A stretch of DNA of 64,000 nucleotides from an uncultured Acidimicrobiales bacterium (GCA_963796765.1 CAWCMY010000005.1:173918-237917); one strand, 5' to 3'; positions 9,534-19,829 are shown, counted from the stretch's first letter. Notes: generated by a model not told the origin, from the sequence alone. A program made the numbers and translations.

Positions 9534-11780
9534 GCTAACGGGGTCCCCGCTTCTTCCACGGTCTGGTAGGAGCTTCTCGGGTTCGGTCCCCTACCAGTTG
9601 TCCTGTTGTTGAGGGGGCGTGGACGCAATGTTGAGGTGGGTGGTTGAGCCTCGTAGAGAGGCCGAGAAGCCTCGGTCGGTGGCGCCTGGGCGCGCCCCCG
9701 TCCCATCTCCACCTCAGGTCCCATTGGCGAAGGGCTTCCGATGTCGTTGTCCAGCGAGCTCACCACGCAACGTCGTGTCCAGTCCCTGAGGGTGATCCCC
9801 AAGGCGGCCCTGGCGGCGGCAACCGGCCTGGTGGCCACGGTGGTGCTGGTGGTCCTGCCCGTGACGGGCAGCCCGTCCAACGTGGCGGCGGCTGCGACCT
9901 TGCCCACCAGCCAGTCGGTCGTGGTGGGCGGGGACATCTCGTGTGGGCCCACGGACTCCAATTTCAGCGGGTCGAACTCGAGCACGTGCCAGCAGCGGGC
10001 CACCGCCAGCCTTATCCATAGCCTGGCGCCCAACTACCTGATCGCCGGGGGTGACACCCAGTACACCCCGACCTCGACCGAGGGCGTCCAGCCTCAGACG
10101 TCGGACTACACCGCCGGCTACGGCGGCAGCTGGGCCGGACTGCAGACTTCCGGCAACGCCAACTTCGTCCCCGGCCTCGTCGTGCGGCCCACGCCCGGTG
10201 ACCACGAGTACGGCGACGCCAACGAGACCGACCGGGGGGCGGTCTCGAACGCCTCGAACTACTACTCCTACTTCGGGAGCCTGGGCGACCTCCCGGCCGG
10301 GGTGACCGGCCCCTCGAACGACTTCTACAGCTTCGACGTCCCCCTCGCCGGTGGCACCTGGCACGTCATCACCCTCGACAGCGAGTGCGCGGCCCTGCCC
10401 GCCACCGTGGGCGGGTCCCCCTCCCAGACCGCGGCCGGTTGTGCCTCGGGGTCGCCCGAGGAGACCTTCCTGCGCAACGACCTGATCGCCCACCAGGGGG
10501 ACTGCACCCTCATCCACTTCCATGAGCCCGAAATACTCCGACGTGTTCGGGACCAACACCGACTACCAGGCCTTTTGGAACGACGCCGTGCAGTACCACG
10601 TCACCGCCATCCTCAACAACCACGCGCACGACTACGAGCGCTTCTCCCCCATGAACGCCACCGGGGCCGCCAGCTCCACCGGGGTCGCCGAATTCGTCGT
10701 CGGGACGGGCGGGAACAGCCACGTCTCGGGCGCCAAGATCGCCAATGAGGCCTTCCAGGACACCAGCAACTTCGGCGTGCTGCAGATGACCCTCAACGCC
10801 ACCAGCGCCAACTACACCTTCGACAAGGTGGGCGGGGGCACCGAGGACTCCGGCACCCTGAACTGCCAGCAGGCCACCGGGTCGGGCGTTCCCACCGTGA
10901 CCGGCGTGAGCCCGGCCTCGGGGTCCAGCGCCGGGGGCACCTCGGTGACCATCACCGGGACCAACCTCTCGAGCGTGAGCGCCGTGCACTTCGGCTCGAC
11001 GGCCGCCACCGGCTTCACGCTGAAGCACGGCCACCTCGATGACCGCCACCTCCCCGGCCGGGCGGCGGGCACGGTTGACGTGAGCGTGACCAACTCCTCG
11101 GGCACCTCCGCCACCAGTCCGGCCGACCAGTTCACCTACACCGCCCCGCCGGGAACCATCACCGCCGTGGGGAGCTTCACGACCAACTTCGGGCCTCAGC
11201 CTCTCCACCCTGGCCGTGTCGCCCCAGAACGTCGGCGACGTCCTCGTGGTCTTCGCCCAGCGCCTGACCGGGTCCACGTTGACGTCGGTCTCGGGGGGTG
11301 GGGTGAGCACCTGGACCAAGGGTGTGCAGTTCTCGGGGTCGGTCGGAGTCGACGAGGAGATCTGGTACGGCAAGGTCACCACGACCGGGGCCTCCACCAT
11401 CACCTTCACATTGGTCCAGCTCCATCACGGGCCACTACGGCGAGTACGGCGCCCAGGAGTTCACCGCCGGGTTGGGGGCGTCCACGGTGTGGGCCCTGGA
11501 CAAGAGCGGCACGCTCAACGGCGCCTCGTCCACGTCCCTGCCGTTCCCGAGCCTCACCCCGAGCGGATCCGGTGAGCTCTACTTCGGCTACACGGTGCCC
11601 AACAACACCGCCGTGGCCGGGAGCACCTCGGGCTTCACCTACGACGTGACCGGCGAGGACAACATCGTCGCCTATGACCCCACCGTCTCGGGTGCGGTGT
11701 CTCCCACCGCCTCGCAGTCCCCGGCCTCGACCTCCTCGGCGGTGGCGGTGCTGCTTGAGCGCGAGCAACGGCGCCCCGCC

Positions 11781-12860
11781 GCCCGCACCCACCGTCACCG
11801 GGGTGAGCCCGACCTCGGGATCCACGGCCGGGGGCACCTCGGTCACCGTCAGCGGGACCAACTTCACCGGGGTCACCGCGGTGAAGTTCGGCACCGTGGC
11901 GGGCACCAGCGTCGTGGTGAACTGGGCCGGGACCTCGCTCACCGTCACCTCGCCGGCGGAGTCGGCCGGGGCCGTCGACGTGACCGTCACCGCGGCGGGG
12001 GGCACCTCGGCGACCAACCCGCCTGCCGACCAGTTCACCTTCACCGCCCCGCCCGCACCCACCGTCACCGGGGTGAGCCCGACCTCGGGATCCACGGCCG
12101 GGGGCACCTCGGTCACCGTCAGCGGGACCAACTTCACCGGGGTCACCGCGGTGAAGTTCGGCACCGTGGCGGGCACCAGCGTCGTGGTGAACGGGGCCGG
12201 ACCTCGCTCACCGTCACCTCGCCGGCGGAGTCGGCCGGGGCCGTCGACGTGACCGTCACCGCGGCGGGGGGCACCTCGGCGGTCAACTCGCCCGCCGACC
12301 AGTTCACCTTCACCACCCCGCCCGCACCCACCGTCACCGGGCGTGAGCCCGACCTCGGGATCCACGGCCGGGGGCACCTCGGTCACCGTCACCGGGACCA
12401 ACTTCACCGGGGTCACCGCGGTGAAGTTCGGCACCGTGGCGGGCACCAGCGTCGTGGTGAACGGGGCCGGGACCTCGCTCACCGTCACCTCGCCGGCGGA
12501 GTCGGCCGGGGCCGTCGACGTGACCGTCACCGCCGCGGGGGGCACCTCGGCGGTCAACTCGCCCGCCGACCAGTTCACCTTCACCACCCCGCCCGCACCC
12601 ACCGTCACCGGGGTGAGCCCGACCTCGGGATCCACGGCCGGGGGCACCTCGGTCACCGTCAGCGGGACCAACTTCACCGGGGTCACCGCGGTGAAGTTCG
12701 GCACCGTGGCGGGCACCAGCGTGGTGGTGAACGGGGCCGGGACCTCGCTCACCGTCACCTCGCCGGCGGAGTCGGCCGGGCGCCGTCGACGTCACCGTCA
12801 CCGCCTCGGGGGGCACCTCGGCGGTCAACTCGCCGGCCGACCAGTTCACCTTCACCACCC
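11781..12860 (+). repeat. Four tandem 270-bp IPT/TIG-coding repeats
   Basis: gcccgcacccaccgtcaccgg… starts at 11781, 12051, 12320 and 12591. Copies differ by a few substitutions and by 1-nt indels (about 12191 -1, 12344 +1, 12781 +1). Confidence 0.95.
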
Positions 12861-13491
12861 CGCCGGCGGGCATCACCGCCGTGGGGAGCTTCACGACCAA
12901 CTTCGGCCTCAGCCTGACCACCCTGGCCGTGTCGCCCCAGAACGTCGGCGACGTCCTCGTGGTCTTCGCCCAGCGCCTGACCGGGTCCACGTTGACGTCG
13001 GTCTCGGGCGGTGGGGTGACGCACCTGGACCAAGGGTGTGCAGTTCTCGGGGTCGGTCGGAGTCGACGAGGAGATCTGGTACGGCAAGGTCACCTCACCG
13101 GGGCCTCCACCATCACCTTCACTTGGTCCAGCTCGATCACGGGCCACTACGGCGAGTACGGCGCCCAGGAGTTCACCGCCGGGTTGGGGGCGTCCACGGT
13201 GTGGGCCCTGGACAAGAGCGGCACGCTCAACGGCGCCTCGTCCACGTCCCTGCCGTTCCCGAGCCTCACCCCGAGCGGATCCGGTGAGCTCTACTTCGGC
13301 TACACGGTGCCCAACAACACCGCCGTGGCCGGGAGCACCTCGGGCTTCACCTACGACGTGACCGGCGAGGACAACATCGTGGCCTATGACCCCACCGTCT
13401 CGGGTGCGGTGTCTCCCACCGCCTCGCAGTCCCCGGCCTCGACCTCCTCGGCGGTGGCGGTGCTGTTGAGCGCGAGCAGCGGCGCCCCGCC

Positions 13492-14540
13492 GCCCGCACC
13501 CACCGTCACCGGGGTGAGCCCGACGTCGGGATCCACGGCCGGGGGCACCTCGGTCACGGTCAGCGGGACCAACTTCACCGGGGTCACCTCGGTGAAGTTC
13601 GGCACCGTGGCGGGCACCAGCGTGGTGGTGAACGGGGCCGGGACCTCGCTCACCGTCACCTCGCCGGCGGAGTCGGCCGGGGCGGTCGACGTCACCGTCA
13701 CCGCGTCGGGGGGCACCTCGGCGGTCAACTCGCCTGCCGACCAGTTCACCTTCACCACCCCGCCCGCCCACCGTCACCGGGTGAGCCCGGACCGCGGGGG
13801 CACCTCGGTCACGGCAGCGGACCAACTTCACCGGGGTCACCTCGGTGAAGTTCGGCACCGTGGCGGCACCAGCGTCGTGGTGAACGCGGGACCTCGCTCA
13901 CCGTCACCTCGCCGGCGGAGTCGGCGGGGCGGTCGACGTACCGTCACCGCCGGGGGGCCTCGGCGGTCAACTCGCCGGCCGACCAGTTCACCTTCACCAC
14001 CCCGCCCGCACCCACCGTCACCGGGGTGAGCCCGGTCGGGATCCACGGCCGGGGGCACCTCGGTCACGGTCAGCGGGACCAACTTCACCGGGTCACCTCG
14101 GTGAAGTTCGGCACCGTGGCGGGCACCAGCGTGGTGGTGAACGGGGCCGGGACCTCGCTCACCGTCACCTCGCCGGCGGAGTCGGCCGGGGCGTCGACGT
14201 CACCGTCACGCCGGGGGGCACCTCGCGGTCAACTCGCCTGCCGACCAGTTCACCTTCACCACCCCGCCCGCACCCACCGTCACCGGGGTGAGCCCGACGT
14301 CGGGATCCACGGCCGGGGGCACCTCGGTCACGGTCAGCGGGACCAACTTCACCGGGGTCACCTCGGTGAAGTTCGGCACCGTGGCGGGCACCAGCGTGGT
14401 GGTGAACGGGGCCGGGACCTCGCTCACCGTCACCTCGCCGGCGGAGTCGGCCGGGGCGGTCGACGTCACCGTCACCGCCTCGGGGGGCACCTCGGCGGTC
14501 AACTCGCCGGCCGACCAGTTCACCTTCACCACCCCGCCGG
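13492..14540 (+). repeat. Second block of four ~270-bp IPT/TIG-coding repeats; the middle two carry many 1-nt deletions
   Basis: Same unit as 11781..12860. Copies spanning about 13755-14270 have numerous missing bases relative to their neighbours, for example accgggtgagcccggaccgcggggg versus accggggtgagcccgacgtcgggatccacggccggggg. Confidence 0.9.
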
Positions 14541-15234
14541 CGGGCATCACCGCCGTGGGGAGCTTCACGACCAACTTCGCCCTCAGCCTCTCCACCCTGG
14601 CCGTGTCGCCCCAGAATGTCGGCGACGTCCTCGTGGTCTTCGCCCAGCGCCTGACCGGGTCCACGTTGACGTCGGTCTCGGGGGGTGGGGTGAGCACCTG
14701 GACCAAGGGTGTGCAGTTCTCGGGGTCGGTCGGAGTCGACGAGGAGATCTGGTACGGCAAGGTCACCACCACCGGGGCCTCCACCATCACCTTCAATTGG
14801 TCGAGCTCCATCACGGGCCACTACGGCGAGTACGGCGCCCAGGAGTTCACCGCCGGGTTGGGGGCGTCCACGGTGTGGGCCCTGGACAAGAGCGGCACGC
14901 TCAACGGCGCCTCGTCCACGTCCCTGCCGTTCCCGAGCCTCACCCCGAGCGGATCCGGTGAGCTCTACTTCGGCTACACGGTGCCCAACAACACCGCCGT
15001 GGCCGGGAGCACCTCGGGCTTCACCTACGACGTGACCGGCGAGGACAACATCGTGGCCTATGACCCCACCGTCTCGGGTGCGGTGTCTCCCACCGCCTCG
15101 CAGTCCCCGGCCTCGACCTCCTCGGCGGTGGCGGTGCTGTTGAGCGCGAGCTGACGGCCCTCCGCGCTCTTTGGGTTGCTCGGGTCATGTGCTTCCAACA
15201 TCGCGCGGGAGGTTCCCCTTAACATCGTGGCCCC

Positions 15235-16368
15235 ATGAAGACTCGCATTGTGAGACTCCGAGATCTCTCCAGTGACGACCAGAGCGCCTGGCGTCGTCTC
15301 TCCGAACGTGCGTTGGAACCCAACCCGTTCTTCGAGCCTGACTTTCTGCTCCTGTCTTTGCGCCACTTCGAGGAATACGCCGACACGAGGCTCGTGATCG
15401 CGGAGGATGGACCCGAATTCATGGGACTCGTCGCCTTCGCTCGCATCAGAAGGGCGCGGGTGCCGCCCACAAGGGTTGCGAGTGTCCACGCCTCTCCATC
15501 GGTCGCAATCTGTCTCGATACACCTCTCATCGACCGATCACGTCCCGATGAGTCCAGCCAAGCGCTCGTCGACGCCCTGTGCCGGGCGTCGGGATCTGAC
15601 GGGTTTCCGGGCGTCGTGATGATCGATTGGATGGGTGCGGACGGTCCCGTTGCCGAATCCTTGCTGCGTGCGTGCCGGGAACGACACTGCCCGGTCTTCG
15701 TCAAGGAATCCTGGGAGCGTGGAACAGTCAGTCGAGCCGGGCAATGGGCGAACCCCATCGACGGGAAGCGGCGTCGGGAGATTGCTCGTCGACAACGGCT
15801 GCTCGCGACGGAGGCTGGAGCAGAAGTGACGCTCGTGGATCGCACGTCCGACCCCGCCGCCGCCGAGGACTTCCTCGTCATGGAGGCTTCTGGGTGGAAG
15901 GGTCGGGAGGGAGGTCTCGCCCTCACCCGTCGACCCGCTACGGTCGCGTGGTTCAGGGAGTGGCACCCGGTCTGGGTCGCAAACGGTCGACTGACGATCC
16001 TCGCTCTCAATGTGGGATCGGTCTGCGTGGCGATGCAGTACTACGTCCGGGCCGGGGAGGGCCTCTTCTGTTTCCGGATTGCATTCGACGATGCCTACGG
16101 GAAGTACAAGCCTGGGGCCATGTTGATGTCGATGGCTCTGAACCACTTGCGAGACCACACCGACGCGGCATGGGTCGACTCGGCTACGGACCCGGGCAAC
16201 ACGTTCTTGTTAGGCATGCTGCCCGAGCGTCGGACCGTTTCCACGATCCTGATAGGGACAGGTGGGGTTGTCGATAGGAGCCTCGTCTCGGCGCTCCCGA
16301 TGATGACCAAGGTCGTCGTTGCCGGGAAGCAAGCGCGAAAGCGGCTCGCCCGATCGCGCTCGACATAG
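15235..16368 (+). CDS. FemAB/CelD(BcsL)-like GNAT acyltransferase
   Basis: Intact 377-aa ORF. N-terminus has …W..L…A.EPNPFFEPDFLL. The C-terminal half (EASGWKGREGGLAL…MQYYVRAGEGLFCFRIAFDDAYGKYKPGAMLM…DSATDPGN) is typical of the FemAB-like acetyltransferase family found in cellulose/EPS loci. Local GC is visibly lower, about 60% in spot counts. Confidence 0.7.
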   Translation: MKTRIVRLRDLSSDDQSAWRRLSERALEPNPFFEPDFLLLSLRHFEEYADTRLVIAEDGPEFMGLVAFARIRRARVPPTRVASVHASPSVAICLDTPLIDRSRPDESSQALVDALCRASGSDGFPGVVMIDWMGADGPVAESLLRACRERHCPVFVKESWERGTVSRAGQWANPIDGKRRREIARRQRLLATEAGAEVTLVDRTSDPAAAEDFLVMEASGWKGREGGLALTRRPATVAWFREWHPVWVANGRLTILALNVGSVCVAMQYYVRAGEGLFCFRIAFDDAYGKYKPGAMLMSMALNHLRDHTDAAWVDSATDPGNTFLLGMLPERRTVSTILIGTGGVVDRSLVSALPMMTKVVVAGKQARKRLARSRST

Positions 16369-16432
16369 GCCAACGGGTCTCGCCGCGTCGACTCCGTCGC
16401 GTGTTCGGGACAGGCCGCTACTATCCGCTGTC

Positions 16433-17589
16433 ATGGACACTCGGCTCGTCAAGATCGACGGTATCTCGGCTGAGGACCAGCGTGCGTGGAGCGAGCTCGT
16501 GTCGCGGTGTGCGGAGCCAAACCCGTTCTTCGAGCCCGAATTCCTGATCCTGTGCGCGAAGCACTTCGAGAGTTACGCCGAGACCACGCTGGTCGTCGCG
16601 CACGAGTCGAATGTGTTCCGGGCGGCGCTCCCCATCATCGGCTTTGAGAAGCCGCGCTTCCTGCCGCGGTCGATTGCTGTGACTCGCGGTCGTCCCACTG
16701 CTGTTCGTCTCTTGGGCACGCCGTTGGTCGACGTGAGTTGCGCCGACGCCGCCATGGGTGCGATTCTCGACGCGCTCCACCGTGCCGCCGACACACAAGC
16801 GTGGCCGGGCATCGTCGTGATGGACAAACTCGGCAGTGACGGTCCGGTCATGGAGTCTTTGAGCCACATGTGTCGGGCTCGGCGGTTTCCGGTCTTCACC
16901 AAGGAGACCTGGGAACGCGGCATGGTCTGGCGCGATGGGAAGTGGGAGAACCCGCTGACGAGGTCGCGCCGCCGTGCCATCGACTCGAAGCGCAGGGCGC
17001 TGGCGCGTGACGCCGGTGCCGAGGTCTCGCTCAGGGATCGGACTCTAGACCCCTCTGTCGTCGATGACTTTCTCAGAATCGAAGTTGAGGGATGGAAGGG
17101 CAGGGAGGGTGGATTGGCGTTTGCCAAGGACGCCGCCACCTCCGCCTGGTTTCGCGAACTGGCACGCCCTCTGGTCGGTCACAGGACGCCTCATTGCCCT
17201 CTGCTTGTCCGTCGGCGAGGTGCCCATCGCCATCGAGATTCTTCGTGCGTGCCGGTGCCGGGATCTTTTGCTTCCGTGGGGCCTATGACGAGAAATACGC
17301 CAAATATGGTCCTGGTGCCATGGTGTTCGCCGCCTGCACCAGGCACCTGTTTGAACACACAGACGCCATGTGGATGGACTCGGCTACGGACAAGGACAAC
17401 GCCTTCATGTCGGAGATGCTTCCTGAATCTCGCGTACTCTCGACGATCTACCTCGGCGTCGGAGGACCATTGGACAGGCGTGTCGTGGCATCGCTGCCCA
17501 CGTTGACCACGATGATCGCCGGGCAGCGTCGTATCCGGGATCGCTGGTCCCGAGCGCGCGCGTCGGCCTCTGCACCGGTTCCCGACTAG
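16433..17589 (+). pseudogene. FemAB/CelD-like GNAT acyltransferase paralogue, two frame breaks (about 17160 and 17235)
   Basis: MDTRLVKIDGISAEDQRAWSELVSRCAEPNPFFEPEFLIL… is collinear with the upstream paralogue. It can be followed through three frames (…SAWFRE / HALWSVTGRLIALCLSVGEVPIAIE / FVRAGAGIFCFRGAYDEKYAKYGPGAMVF…DSATDKDN). Confidence 0.7.
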
Positions 17590-17650
17590 CCGCCTCGAGA
17601 CTCTTCACCCTCGAGGCTGGGCCACCATGGCCAGCGCACGGGCCTCGACG

Positions 17651-19141
17651 TCAGGACGCAGACCCGAGCTCGGATCGGAGGAGGGAGACGTCGACCTGTC
17701 CCGCCGGCTCGAGTGGGAACCCGGTGTGGAACAGAAGCTGCGCAGGGACGGTCAAACAGGGGACCTTGCGACCCTCGATCATCCCCGTGCAGAAGACTTC
17801 TTTGACAAGGTCTCCCCGCGCCGCCCTGGGCGGCGAGCACCGGTCGGGGTCGGGGTCGAGGTCGAAGGCACGGCCCAGGTGATCCCAATCGATGGCGAGC
17901 AACTCGATTCGGTGCCCAGCGCTGTCCTCGAAATTCGACCGCGACGGCATCCAGACTCCGCCACGGTCCATCGTGATGTGCTTGAAACCGAGCGTCTGGA
18001 AGGCTTTTCTCACCCGAGGCTCGTTCTGCTCGAAGTCCTCGATGACGACATCGATGTCCTTGTGGGGCCGAGTCCGCCTTCCGACCAGCGCATCGACTCC
18101 CCACCCACCGGCCAGCCAGTACGGCATGCCCTCGGCCTCGAGGCTGTCGATGACGAGTACGAGCTCGGCCCACCCCGTCTCTCGGACCACTCGCCGTTTG
18201 GCGGACCGCAGCAGCGTCCCGACAGGCGACGGGATCGAGTCGATGGCTCGCGAACACGACTCCGCCACTCCCATGAGCCTGTTGTGGCGCTTGATGAAGC
18301 GACGCGCTCGCTCTGTGGCGACGGATTTTGGGCTCGGTGTGACCCTTGGGCTCGATGATCCGGCAGCCCGCGATGCTGGGTCGTTTTGGCACGTTTGGCC
18401 CTGTGCCGATTGGGCGTTCGAAGCGTCTGCGCTGTCCCCGGATACAGCTCCGCCCACCGCGCGATCGACGACCCACGCCCCGACCTCCCCTACCCCGAAT
18501 TCATTATATGAGAGCGTGCTTGGGTTTGGCCATAGATGGGGAGAAGGCCTTACCGGGCTCCGAGGCACGGGGGTCAGCCCACACATCGTCGACCGTGCCG
18601 GGTCGGGTCTAGGGCGCGGGGCGACCCAACGGAAATCTCTGCAACACACTCCAGCGCCCAGCAGATCAGGTGCCATCAGGCTGACCTCGGTGGCTGCAGC
18701 CCTGATGGGGAGATGCCGTTCCAGGCGTCGAGCCGTCCGTCGCAGTCGGGCGGGTCGGAGTCCCTCGCCCACGGTCAGGTGCGGGACGATCTCGCGGTAG
18801 GCACCGCCGTAGGGCCGGTATTCCGGGAACTCCGCCACGATCCTGTTCGTGAGCTCGACAAACGGTGCCTTGGGGGTCGGGGCGACGTACATGACCCGTT
18901 GGTCGAACCACCCGACCTCTGACAGCAGGAAGTCGAAAGGATCGATCGCCCGTAGCTGCTCACCGAGGCGGACGGAGTCGTGGTCGGAGATCGAGTCGGG
19001 AGCAGCGAAAGGGTAGACGAGGCTGATGTGCAATGGCACCGCCCAGGCTGCGGCGCTGTCGAGCTTTCGGCGCAGCTTCCCGACGGTGGCTTGTGCCGAA
19101 GGCACCAAGATGACCAAGGTGCTCGCGGGGGCCGATCCCAT
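17651..19141 (-). CDS. 2H phosphoesterase (LigT-like) N-terminal part + ANT(2'')/Lnu(F)-like nucleotidyltransferase C-terminal part; continuous ORF, possibly two genes
   Basis: The N-terminal ~190 aa carry the two H-x-[ST] motifs of the 2H superfamily (PLHISLVYPF and VPHLTVGEG). The C-terminal ~200 aa carry the Pol-beta NTase signature YWLAGGWGVDALVGRRTRPHKDIDVV. The ~110-aa linker is low-complexity and contains a TATAAT element. Confidence 0.65.
   Translation of the reverse strand: MGSAPASTLVILVPSAQATVGKLRRKLDSAAAWAVPLHISLVYPFAAPDSISDHDSVRLGEQLRAIDPFDFLLSEVGWFDQRVMYVAPTPKAPFVELTNRIVAEFPEYRPYGGAYREIVPHLTVGEGLRPARLRRTARRLERHLPIRAAATEVSLMAPDLLGAGVCCRDFRWVAPRPRPDPARSTMCGLTPVPRSPVRPSPHLWPNPSTLSYNEFGVGEVGAWVVDRAVGGAVSGDSADASNAQSAQGQTCQNDPASRAAGSSSPRVTPSPKSVATERARRFIKRHNRLMGVAESCSRAIDSIPSPVGTLLRSAKRRVVRETGWAELVLVIDSLEAEGMPYWLAGGWGVDALVGRRTRPHKDIDVVIEDFEQNEPRVRKAFQTLGFKHITMDRGGVWMPSRSNFEDSAGHRIELLAIDWDHLGRAFDLDPDPDRCSPPRAARGDLVKEVFCTGMIEGRKVPCLTVPAQLLFHTGFPLEPAGQVDVSLLRSELGSAS
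18505..18532 (-). promoter_or_regulatory. Candidate sigma-70-type promoter inside the linker of ORF 17651..19141
   Basis: On the minus strand: TGGCCA (18532-18527), a 16-nt spacer, then a perfect TATAAT (18510-18505). This sits in a locally AT-richer patch upstream of the NTase-homologous segment. Confidence 0.3.
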
Positions 19142-19144
19142 CCC

Positions 19145-19829
19145 TCAGGTCGACGATGATCCGGGAACCGACGCCCCGAGCTCCTCGCGCAACAGCACAA
19201 CATCCTGTTGGTGGGTGGGAGTGAGCTCGAAGCGGCGTGTGGTAGAGGAGTTGGACGTCAGCGGACAGGCAGGCGACGCGCCGACCCTCGACCGTTCCCT
19301 CGCTGAACACGCGATGCTCGAACGTCTTGCGCCCGGTGGCGTCAACTCCCGGCGGCCCGAATTCGCGTGCCAGGATCTCCCAGTTCAGGCTGTCGAGATC
19401 CACACGGCGCCCCGTGTCGTCCTCGAGGACGGTGTTCTTGGGCATCCACGCTCGGCGCTCGTAGGAGGCGACGAGCCTGAACCCCAGCGGAGCCAGCGCC
19501 TCGACGGCGCGCTGGACGTCCTCGTCGTAATTGTCGATCACGACGTCGAGGTCATCATGGGACCGCGACTGTCGTCCCGCCAAGGCGTCGACGCCCCAAC
19601 CACCGGCAAGGCAGTACGGCACCGCAGTTGCATCGAGCGCGTTGACCACGGCGAGGACGTCTTCGGCCCGCATGGTGCCTCGGAGGCCATCGCGCAGCGG
19701 TCCGAGCACGGACCGAATCGGGGAGGTCTCCGGTGACGAGGACACCAGCCGGCTTACCCAGCCCGCCGGTGCCCACAGCACCCGATGCTTCTTCACGAAG
19801 GCATGGATCGCACGCATGGTCCTATGCAT
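19145..19829 (-). pseudogene. ANT(2'')/Lnu(F)-like nucleotidyltransferase paralogue, one frame break (about 19240)
   Basis: PYCLAGGWGVDALAGRQSRSHDDLDVV… is collinear with the C-terminal half of 17651..19141, including the upstream IHAFVKKHRVLW / RRFIKRHNRLMG segment. The C-terminus continues in another frame (…FELTPTHQQDVVLLREELGASVPGSSST-stop at 19145). The stop overlaps the ATG of the 2H ORF at 19141. Start chosen at ATG 19829. Confidence 0.6.

Larger units (their letters stand above)
9741..15154 (+). pseudogene. Giant secreted protein: PAP-like metallophosphoesterase + IPT/TIG + [203-aa module X + four IPT/TIG] x2 + module X; 20 or more frame breaks
   Basis: Signal peptide LAAATGLVATVVLVVLPVTG. 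Metallophosphoesterase motifs are GGDISCGP, GGDTQYTP, TPGDHEYGD, IHFHEP and NNHAHDYER. The IPT/TIG unit is APTVTGVSPTSGSTAGGTSVTVSGTNFTGVTAVKFGTVAGTSVVVNGAGTSLTVTSPAESAGAVDVTVTAAGGTSAVNSPADQFTFTTPP. Module X runs ITAVGSFTTNFG…VAVLLSAS. Only the last 867 nt (14288..15154) form an uninterrupted ORF. Confidence 0.8.
11146..15154 (+). repeat. Macro tandem repeat: about 1.7-kb unit (module X + 4 IPT) x2, plus a terminal partial unit
   Basis: The string …atcaccgccgtggggagcttcacgaccaacttcg… recurs at about 11157, 12868 and 14548. Copies are near-identical at the DNA level apart from scattered single-base indels and substitutions. Confidence 0.9.

Noticed and set aside
11781-14540. Regularly spaced 270-bp repeats considered as a possible CRISPR-like or satellite array.
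   Set aside because: The units are contiguous with no unique spacers. They are much longer than CRISPR repeats and translate into IPT/TIG Ig-like domains in frame with the flanking protein.
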